DNA of 34,475 nt from a virus (IMGVR_UViG_3300032218_004045:1-34475), one strand, 5' to 3'. Shown: positions 27,768 to 33,847, counted from the first letter of the stretch. Program-made: numbers and translations. The notes: a model not told the origin generated them from the sequence alone.

Positions 27768-27878
27768 ATGTATCAGTTTGATTTTATTAGCGTTGCTTTC
27801 GGCTATATTTGTGGTATCGTACTGTATGCTAGTATGTCAAATATCATGTATATGGAGGAAAATGATGAAAGTGAGTGA
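27768..27878 (+). CDS. Small membrane protein (36 aa)
   Basis: Not in track; GGAG RBS, MYQFDFISVAFGYICGIVLY...ESE*. Confidence 0.55.
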   Translation: MYQFDFISVAFGYICGIVLYASMSNIMYMEENDESE

Positions 27879-27942
27879 CTACATATTGTTGGGGGTGTGC
27901 TTTATCCTTGGCTGCACCATGACGTATCTCCTTCATCAGTAA
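27862..27942 (+). CDS. Small membrane peptide
   Basis: GGAGG RBS; MMKVSDYILLGVCFILGCTMTYLLHQ*, stop lies inside R6 arm. Confidence 0.45.
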   Translation: MMKVSDYILLGVCFILGCTMTYLLHQ

Positions 27943-28002
27943 GGACTTACGTCGAGTTCGGCCCGCCCCGCGAAACGTAAGTGCTTATGCTGTAACACTT
28001 TA
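27925..28002 (-). repeat. 78-bp element R6, core inverted
   Basis: Arms 27925-27949 and 27978-28002; core reads GGCCCGCCCC. Confidence 0.9.
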
Positions 28003-28047
28003 CGACAAACTTACAGCATTGTAAGGAAACTTTCCTGTTGAGGGGTG

Positions 28048-28076
28048 TTGACAATAGACGATAATATATGTATAAT
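28048..28076 (+). promoter_or_regulatory. Consensus sigma-70 promoter
   Basis: TTGACA-17-TATAAT, CGATAA in spacer. Confidence 0.85.
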
Positions 28077-28109
28077 CCTAGCATCTCAACACCAACCAAG
28101 GAATGTCTC

Positions 28110-28289
28110 ATGCCGAATACTTTCTACTGTTTGCAATGTAATGCTGATTGTGGGCCTTTTGAGCATTGTTGTGCTTGCGAGGACAATCCTGCGACGGAAA
28201 ATGTTGAGCATCCCGGTTTCACCTCTAGTGCGGAAATCCAGCAGGAAATCGACGCAGAAGATTTCTGGTATGAATACGACCAGCGTTGA
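28110..28289 (+). CDS. Small Zn-binding acidic protein
   Basis: AAGGA RBS; CLQC..CCAC. Confidence 0.7.
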   Translation: MPNTFYCLQCNADCGPFEHCCACEDNPATENVEHPGFTSSAEIQQEIDAEDFWYEYDQR

Positions 28290-28399
28290 CAGACTATGCC
28301 AAAAATATTTTGAAGATTTTCTACAGATATCTCTTGACAGTGGCCGATAATAAGTGTAGAATACCAGCATCACGAACGGAAACCACAGGAACCAGAATC

Positions 28400-28573
28400 A
28401 TGCTGAACTTCGACGAGATCAACGACATTCTGAATGACATGGCCGAAGCGGGGATTGTTGAGCCGATGGTCGAGCCTATCGACGATCCTAGTGTGGAAGT
28501 CAACTTTTGGGATTGGGCCGATGTTGTTGGTGCTATTGACGACTTTGTTCCAGAGGAGTATACTGATGCTTAG
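28400..28573 (+). CDS. Small acidic protein
   Basis: AGGA RBS, MLNFDEINDIL...; promoter TTGACA-17-TAGAAT at 28334-28362. Confidence 0.7.
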   Translation: MLNFDEINDILNDMAEAGIVEPMVEPIDDPSVEVNFWDWADVVGAIDDFVPEEYTDA

Positions 28574-28637
28574 TGCGATTGCTTTCGTTGTTGGCTATGT
28601 TGGTTTGTTTTACATTACTACCATCGTGAGGGATTGA
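28566..28637 (+). CDS. Possible 23-aa membrane peptide
   Basis: GAGGAG RBS; MLSAIAFVVGYVGLFYITTIVRD*. Confidence 0.5.
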   Translation: MLSAIAFVVGYVGLFYITTIVRD

Positions 28638-28639
28638 CC

Positions 28640-28915
28640 ATGAGCTACGAATACGACGATCTTGAAGATTTTTATGGTATCGACGCTGATGATCGTACTA
28701 ATGATTATTGGGCTGGAAATGATGATCTGGAGAATGATTCTGATGATTCGTTTGATGATAGTATGGATGGTGATGCTGAGTCTGCGTTGGCTTCCGCTGG
28801 ATGGGGAACCGACGAGGATTACGGTTACTATGGTGATGATGGAATAGAAGATTTCCACGCAGATGAGGCTGTCGGATTCGTTGATTACAACGATGATGGC
28901 CCATATAACGACTAA
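28640..28915 (+). CDS. Extremely acidic protein
   Basis: D/E/Y-rich, a single Arg and no Lys; SMDGDAESALASAGWGTDEDYG core. Confidence 0.75.
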   Translation: MSYEYDDLEDFYGIDADDRTNDYWAGNDDLENDSDDSFDDSMDGDAESALASAGWGTDEDYGYYGDDGIEDFHADEAVGFVDYNDDGPYND

Positions 28916-28932
28916 TTGAAAGGAAACGGATA

Positions 28933-29331
28933 ATGCAATATCGAAAGATTGCCACTAGCATAATTGAAGCTACATACGAGAACTATAAGTATTGGAAAAA
29001 AGATAACGAGTTGTCATATGAACTGAATAAGTATAATGAACAAATTCCTGTATGGTGTGATATGGACGATAACATCAAGTGTGCAGCTATCGAATATATC
29101 TTCTCTAATAGAGATACTATCGAACTTCACTCAGGATGTGTCGAGTCTTGGGTGCAAGCTACAGCTTATTTTCTCTTATATGATTTTGTTATTCTCTTGA
29201 GTAATCGTGGTAAGCCAGAACTGGAAATGTTTTTTGATGATCTGGATTTCATGATGGATGAGGATACTTTGGACGATGAGGATGTTCAGGAGCAACTTGG
29301 AATTAGTCCAGATTTTGGAGGAAAATTCTAA
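28933..29331 (+). CDS. Hypothetical protein
   Basis: AAGGA RBS, 132 aa. Confidence 0.8.
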   Translation: MQYRKIATSIIEATYENYKYWKKDNELSYELNKYNEQIPVWCDMDDNIKCAAIEYIFSNRDTIELHSGCVESWVQATAYFLLYDFVILLSNRGKPELEMFFDDLDFMMDEDTLDDEDVQEQLGISPDFGGKF

Positions 29332-29341
29332 GCACTCGCCC

Positions 29342-29419
29342 TAAACCCTTTGTGTGTAAGCACTTAGGGCTGGCGGGGCGGGCCGATTTTGATGTAAGTC
29401 TTTACGCCGCAATACTTTA
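29342..29419 (+). repeat. 78-bp element R7
   Basis: Arms 29342-29366 and 29395-29419. Confidence 0.9.
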
Positions 29420-29519
29420 CATCAACCTTACGACATTGCAAGAAAACTTTGCATTTGACAGCTAAAGATCCGTATGCTAAAATGTCGATATAAGGTATTA
29501 GAGAAAGAGAGAGTGAAGA

Positions 29520-29708
29520 ATGAGTAGGTATTACGAAGGTCGTTTTAATCCATACAATCGTCATGATACGGGAGTGTATGTGGTCTATCGCAAGAGCGAC
29601 AACAAGCATCTTGGTACGGTTGTTGATTGTCGTAGTGAGAGTGAAGCCAAACGTAAGGCTGGCTATGAGTTTGGTTGTGAGTGCTATGTAAGTGAAATTG
29701 AGGAATAA
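29520..29708 (+). CDS. Hypothetical protein
   Basis: Promoter TTGACA-17-TAAAAT at 29455-29483; GA-rich leader. Confidence 0.75.
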   Translation: MSRYYEGRFNPYNRHDTGVYVVYRKSDNKHLGTVVDCRSESEAKRKAGYEFGCECYVSEIEE

Positions 29709-29710
29709 AA

Positions 29711-29923
29711 ATGAGACAGTTGAGCAAGAATGAGGTTGATGATTTGGAGTTCGATGCTGGGTTGATGGGCTTTAGGGTGGTCTATATTCCGAAACCTCTT
29801 GACTGGAATCATTTCGTGTTGTATTATCTCAAACCAGAATTGACCTATGTTGGTCACTATCGTGGTTTGAATGAAGTGAAGTTAGCTATGCAGAAGCACT
29901 ACAAGCCGGAGTATAGCAAATGA
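29711..29923 (+). CDS. Hypothetical protein
   Basis: GAGGA RBS, coupled to neighbours. Confidence 0.75.
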   Translation: MRQLSKNEVDDLEFDAGLMGFRVVYIPKPLDWNHFVLYYLKPELTYVGHYRGLNEVKLAMQKHYKPEYSK

Positions 29924-30066
29924 AAACTAAAAAGAAAAAGGTATTGACAGCACACCAAAGAGCTGTTATACTCATGAATCGTGAGACTGATCGTGCAGTA
30001 AGTCGTGTGAAGATGTTGGAACAGTTGTATCTTGAAACCCTGAAAGCAAAGGAACTCGTTAAATGA
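29920..30066 (+). CDS. Small basic helical protein (48 aa)
   Basis: Not in track; ATGA overlaps at both ends; MKTKKKKVLTAHQR...ELVK*. Confidence 0.65.
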   Translation: MKTKKKKVLTAHQRAVILMNRETDRAVSRVKMLEQLYLETLKAKELVK

Positions 30067-30293
30067 AGTGCGTCGTTACTCATACTGATACTTACGGTGG
30101 TGAAGCTAACTATGGTTGGGTGAATCGTTATGAGTTTATCCCCAAGAAGAATGCTAGCCAGCGTAGTGTTATTCGTAAGGCTAAGGCTCTGGCCGGTATG
30201 ACAGCGGTCAAGGCTGAAACCTATGATTATGGCGACGGCTATACCGTTAAGCCTCGCGGCTATGCTCAGATCATCTTTGTTGATTTTGAGTAA
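30063..30293 (+). CDS. Hypothetical phage protein
   Basis: TDTYGGEANYGWV motif; ATGA coupling. Confidence 0.75.
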   Translation: MKCVVTHTDTYGGEANYGWVNRYEFIPKKNASQRSVIRKAKALAGMTAVKAETYDYGDGYTVKPRGYAQIIFVDFE

Positions 30294-30311
30294 AAAAATA
30301 ATCTCTCGTCG

Positions 30312-30389
30312 TAAACCCTTTGTGTTCAAGCACTTAGGGCCGACGGGGCGGGCCGGGCTTGCTGTAAGTCTTTATGCTGCAACACTTTA
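30312..30389 (+). repeat. 78-bp element R8
   Basis: Arms 30312-30336 and 30365-30389. Confidence 0.9.
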
Positions 30390-30485
30390 CATCAATCCTT
30401 ACAATCTATTAAGATTCAAGTTTACCCCTTGCAATAGACGATAATAGATAGTAGAATACGATATAGAAGAAAGAGAGAGTGAAGC

Positions 30486-30749
30486 ATGAGTCCCGATGGA
30501 ACATATCACGGTTACGCTAGTTATCAAACGTGGAATGTGATTTTGTGGATAAGCAATGATCAAGGTCTGAATCATCTTGCAGCCCGTTGCTTGAGCTATA
30601 ATGAATTTGTGGAAGTTTTGAGGGAAATGGATCATGGTAAAGATTTGGCTTACGAAACTCCCGATGGTATTGCATGGCGTGATTCTGCTGTGAATCTTCC
30701 GGAATTGCAAGAATACTGGGAAGAAAGTTTTTCTAGAGTTCCTGCTTGA
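30486..30749 (+). CDS. Hypothetical phage protein
   Basis: YHGYASYQTWNVILWISND motif; promoter TTGCAA-17-TAGAAT at 30429-30457. Confidence 0.8.
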   Translation: MSPDGTYHGYASYQTWNVILWISNDQGLNHLAARCLSYNEFVEVLREMDHGKDLAYETPDGIAWRDSAVNLPELQEYWEESFSRVPA

Positions 30750-30819
30750 CAAATGCCGATAAGTAGTGTAGACTTGTGGAATGGATGTTGTGATTGGTTT
30801 TCAATTTGAAAGGGTTTCT

Positions 30820-31224
30820 ATGAACGATGCGTTTTTGTTTGGTGCGATTTTTGCGGCTGCTGCCGTTGCTGTTGTGGGTTTCGTCTTCTATTCGGTCTAC
30901 GGTGGATCGAAGGCTAGCTTGGCGAATGCCCAAGAGGGTCAGGTTTTCAACTTTGTTTACGAGCAGCCGTTGCACGGAACGCATGAGCGTTTTCTTGCTA
31001 AGGTGATCGGCAAGCAGACGTTGACTGCTGACCAGATTTCGAGACTGAATCGCAAGAGTCGGTATCGTATCAATGATCCTGAGTTTGTGCGTACTACTAA
31101 TCTCATCACATGTAGGACTGCTGATGGGAAAGTGCGTAATTTCTACGCAGAGCGAGTAACCAAGTGCCGAAAGCCGTTGCTGGCCGGTGCTTTGTTCAAG
31201 AGCGGGTTTGCTAACCTGTTCTAA
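30820..31224 (+). CDS. Membrane-anchored protein with WYL/Sm-like beta domain
   Basis: N-terminal TM; FNFVYE...DGKVRNFYAERV; promoter TTGACA-17-TAGACT at 30746-30774. Confidence 0.7.
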   Translation: MNDAFLFGAIFAAAAVAVVGFVFYSVYGGSKASLANAQEGQVFNFVYEQPLHGTHERFLAKVIGKQTLTADQISRLNRKSRYRINDPEFVRTTNLITCRTADGKVRNFYAERVTKCRKPLLAGALFKSGFANLF

Positions 31225-31260
31225 AAACTAGCAGTCTCTGCCTACTGACTGACCAACCCC

Positions 31261-31338
31261 TAACCCTTTGACACCAAAGGACTTAGGGCGAGGTCGGCCC
31301 GCCCGGCGCGTCGTAAGTCCTTATGAGATATAGACTTA
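31261..31338 (-). repeat. 78-bp element R9, core inverted
   Basis: Arms 31261-31285 and 31314-31338; core reads GGCCCGCCCGG. Confidence 0.9.
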
Positions 31339-31407
31339 GAGATTAATTAAAGAAACACTTGACAGAAGGTCGATAATAGAGTAGAATCGTTGAACAGGAG
31401 CTAATTT

Positions 31408-31677
31408 ATGTGCTATTTTATCTGTCCTATTGGTGGCTGCAAGAATGATGATTATGAAACTATGCTTAGTCATATTGAAGAAAAGCCGGGTGATCTGGTT
31501 GAAATCAATAAGAATGCTAAGCTTGTGGTTGGCAAGAATTATGCCGGAAGAATTATCTTGGGCTGGCTAGGTTCGCAAGTCGCGTATACCTGGGCTCATT
31601 CTGTAGAGCAGCCTTATGTGGCTTGGTGTGAGCCAAAAACTATTCTTTCTTGGGTTCGCAAGAATTATGGCTATTGA
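31408..31677 (+). CDS. Hypothetical protein
   Basis: AGGAG RBS; promoter TTGACA-17-TAGAAT at 31359-31387. Confidence 0.75.
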   Translation: MCYFICPIGGCKNDDYETMLSHIEEKPGDLVEINKNAKLVVGKNYAGRIILGWLGSQVAYTWAHSVEQPYVAWCEPKTILSWVRKNYGY

Positions 31678-31726
31678 CAAGCCGATAATAGTAGTGTAGA
31701 ATACAAAGAATCAAAAGGAGAAAAAG

Positions 31727-31996
31727 ATGCTGTTTACGCCATATGCTTTGACGGATTCGGTAACTCGCAAGGTAAATGATGAGGGTATGGTTGAGTTTAG
31801 TGGGTTGTCCACTGGTGGTCGTGAGTTTAGAATAGTCACGCGAATTGACGATGCTAATCGTTGGATCAATGGTGAGTTGATTCAAGTTGCTTTCCCATAT
31901 CTGAATGCTGATGAGCGTGAGATTCTCAAAACGGGAATCGATGCTCAGGAGTGGGAAACCATGTTTGCAGGAACACAAGAGGAGGATGACGAATGA
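31727..31996 (+). CDS. Hypothetical phage protein
   Basis: AAGGAG RBS; GELIQVAFPYLNADEREILKTGI motif; promoter TTGACA-17-TAGAAT at 31674-31702. Confidence 0.8.
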   Translation: MLFTPYALTDSVTRKVNDEGMVEFSGLSTGGREFRIVTRIDDANRWINGELIQVAFPYLNADEREILKTGIDAQEWETMFAGTQEEDDE

Positions 31997-32142
31997 GTAC
32001 CGATACTTATATGGTCATGAAGGGTAACAAGGTAGTAGGATATGTTAATGCGTACAGTACCTATCATGCGTTGTGTCAGGCCGAAAAACTTTATGGAAAA
32101 AATTTGCTGATTGAGCGAATCAGTCATAGTTGTCCCACCTAA
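31993..32142 (+). CDS. Hypothetical protein (49 aa)
   Basis: Not in track; GGAGG RBS, ATGA coupling. Confidence 0.65.
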   Translation: MSTDTYMVMKGNKVVGYVNAYSTYHALCQAEKLYGKNLLIERISHSCPT

Positions 32143-32238
32143 CCCTAGCGGGTCGGGCTGAGTGGGTATAGTCAGCCAGTAGTCGGGGCTTGACAAAGAG
32201 TCTTTAATAGAGTATATTGGGCAGAAAGGGAGAGTTTT

Positions 32239-32442
32239 ATGTTGACAGATGATGAACGTATGGCTGTTTGTGATTGCGTGGCCGATTTTTCCATTCGTTT
32301 GCTTAATGCTGCTACTGTTGATGAGCAGTCTATGCACCAAGAACTGGATATTTTCTTTGAGTTCTTTTGTAGGGCTCTTGAAATTGCCAAGAGGGATGGG
32401 GTGGTTAGGGTTCGTGAGTCTATTGGGGCTAGTAATAACTAA
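32239..32442 (+). CDS. Hypothetical protein
   Basis: GGGAG RBS; promoter TTGACA-17-TATATT at 32190-32218. Confidence 0.7.
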   Translation: MLTDDERMAVCDCVADFSIRLLNAATVDEQSMHQELDIFFEFFCRALEIAKRDGVVRVRESIGASNN

Positions 32443-32451
32443 GGGGATATC

Positions 32452-32631
32452 ATGAGAGTTTGTCCATGTGGGTCTGGCAAGAAAAGTTGGTGGGAAAGTG
32501 ATGCTAGGGGGATTCCACTGGGTAGGGTTTGTTTGGATTGTCTGGATAAAAAGTTGAGTAAGTATAGGCCGGAAGTGTTGACCAACTCCAACTACTATGC
32601 TGACGAGCCTATTGAGGCCGAAGACTATTAG
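32452..32631 (+). CDS. SEC-C-motif Zn-binding protein (59 aa)
   Basis: Not in track; MRVCPCGSGKKSWWESDARGIPLGRVCLDC...; TAG stop abuts R10. Confidence 0.75.
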   Translation: MRVCPCGSGKKSWWESDARGIPLGRVCLDCLDKKLSKYRPEVLTNSNYYADEPIEAEDY

Positions 32632-32634
32632 TCG

Positions 32635-32712
32635 TAAGTCCTTATCCTTAAAGAACTTAGGGATAGGGCGGCGGGCCGGACTTGCTGTAAGTGCTTGTGT
32701 ATCATAGGGTTA
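32635..32712 (+). repeat. 78-bp element R10
   Basis: Arms 32635-32659 and 32688-32712. Confidence 0.9.
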
Positions 32713-32753
32713 CATCAACTCTAAAAAATTTTTGGAATTCCTATAGATAGCTC

Positions 32754-32782
32754 TTGACAAGTGACGATAATAGATGTATACT
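32754..32782 (+). promoter_or_regulatory. Sigma-70 promoter driving the ncRNA array
   Basis: TTGACA-17-TATACT; expected +1 near 32789, just before the first stem. Confidence 0.8.
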
Positions 32783-32790
32783 TAGCACAT

Positions 32791-32873
32791 AAGCAGATGA
32801 GGGCCGCTGGCAGAATGATATCAAAGAAGCCACGGTTAAATGGCTGTCGAGTATGGCTCAACCCTATCTGCTT
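32791..32873 (+). ncRNA. Putative structured RNA domain 1
   Basis: Closing stem AAGCAGAT(G)AGGG/CCCTATCTGCTT, inner AGCCA/TGGCT hairpin. Confidence 0.6.
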
Positions 32874-32887
32874 TACAATACAAAACT

Positions 32888-33023
32888 CGTGGGTCCATGC
32901 CTTGGACTAGGTTGGGTAACTCATTACGATAAGCATCGCATGTCGCGGCAGCGATGATGCTGACGGTGCCGGTTACGCACTGGATAGTAGTGCCAATCTA
33001 TGGGGGGTCGCGTCCTCACCACG
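32888..33023 (+). ncRNA. Putative structured RNA domain 2 (homolog of domain 3)
   Basis: CGTGG/CCACG, GTCCA/TGGAC, TAGGTTGG/CCAATCTA, GTAACT/GGTTAC, AGCATC/GATGCT, GCACT/AGTGC. Confidence 0.75.
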
Positions 33024-33038
33024 TTATAATACAAACAT

Positions 33039-33179
33039 CCGTGAGTCCATGCCAAGGGACTAGATTGGGATAGCCTATTTCGATAAACCTATTGTGGTTA
33101 GAGGCTACAGTGGGGTTGCCAACGGGGCTATACGTTGGATAGAAGTACCAATCTATGTGGGATTGCATCCAGATCACGG
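33039..33179 (+). ncRNA. Putative structured RNA domain 3 (homolog of domain 2)
   Basis: CCGTGA/TCACGG, GTCC/GGAC, TAGATTGG/CCAATCTA, ATAGCCT/GGGCTAT, CCTATTGTGGT/GCTACAGTGGG, GGAT/ATCC. Confidence 0.75.
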
Positions 33180-33190
33180 CCAATACAATC

Positions 33191-33294
33191 CGGTATTATC
33201 CTTCATCGGGTAATGGAGTGAATTAACACCACGGCGCTAAAACCGTGTCTTATCCTTCATCGGATAGGATCGCTGAAATAACAGCCGGATACCG
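33191..33294 (+). ncRNA. Putative structured RNA domain 4
   Basis: CGGTAT/ATACCG closing five hairpins, two of them sharing TTATCCTTCATCGG. Confidence 0.65.
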
Positions 33295-33302
33295 AACAAT
33301 CA

Positions 33303-33455
33303 GTAATCGTTCCCAAGAGCCAGACAGATTGCTTCATGAACAATCTCAGGGAGGTTTCCGTGGACGGTTTCCACTAGTGTTTACCTGGCCCAAGGGTTAA
33401 AAATATCGGGTATTAGTGGAGTATAGAACCGGATCGTAAATGGTTCGCTGGTTAC
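33303..33455 (+). ncRNA. Putative structured RNA domain 5
   Basis: GTAATC/GGTTAC closing; AGATTG/CAATCT, TCCACTAGTGTTT/GGGTATTAGTGGA, GAACC/GGTTC. Confidence 0.6.
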
Positions 33456-33474
33456 AATACAAAGGAGAAAGATA

Positions 33475-33678
33475 ATGATTGCTACAAAAGAATTGATTGC
33501 TGAAGCAAAACAACTTGCCCATGATAACTATGAGAGTTGGGGTCAGTATATCGTAGAATGCTATGAGGATAGTGAGTTGGCCGAAAGCCTTGAAGATTTT
33601 ACCAGCCTAGACGAATGGGTCGAAGTTAGAATCTCAATAGCAAATGTTCTAGAGGAAAGAGAAGCTTTTTATGAGTAA
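33475..33678 (+). CDS. Small acidic hypothetical protein
   Basis: AAGGAG RBS directly after last AATACAA linker. Confidence 0.8.
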   Translation: MIATKELIAEAKQLAHDNYESWGQYIVECYEDSELAESLEDFTSLDEWVEVRISIANVLEEREAFYE

Positions 33679-33847
33679 ATTGTTGGATATCGAGGAAGTT
33701 TGTGATCTAATTGATGTCAATCCGAAAGATTTGATTAATCATAGTGGAGAAGATATCGTCAGGATGGCGAGGCTTGAGAATCTAGAATTAAGATATCTGG
33801 GAGATTCTTTATGGGAGGTTGTGGAGGAGGCTGCGGAGCATGAATAA
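33671..33847 (+). CDS. Hypothetical protein (58 aa)
   Basis: Not in track; MSKLLDIEEVCDL...AEHE*, 8-nt overlaps with neighbours. Confidence 0.65.
   Translation: MSKLLDIEEVCDLIDVNPKDLINHSGEDIVRMARLENLELRYLGDSLWEVVEEAAEHE

Noticed and set aside
27730-27942. Single 70-aa ORF from the track
   Set aside because: RBS positions fit two smaller ORFs better (27768-27878 and 27862-27942)
29944-29972. TTGACA-17-TATACT promoter
   Set aside because: Lies inside ORF 29920-30066 and lacks the CGATA box; could be real but not separately supported
22915-32712. CRISPR array
   Set aside because: Repeats are 78 bp, degenerate and separated by 0.6-1.3 kb of promoters and ORFs; no cas genes in the window
22915-32712. 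Canonical integron attC array
   Set aside because: No consistent RYYYAAC...GTTRRRY ends, units carry their own promoters, and no IntI in the window; kept only as an analogy
32791-33455. Canonical tRNAs, tmRNA or hammerhead ribozyme
   Set aside because: No GTTCRANYC T-loop with a standard 7-bp acceptor, no tag reading frame recognised, no CTGANGA...GAAA core seen
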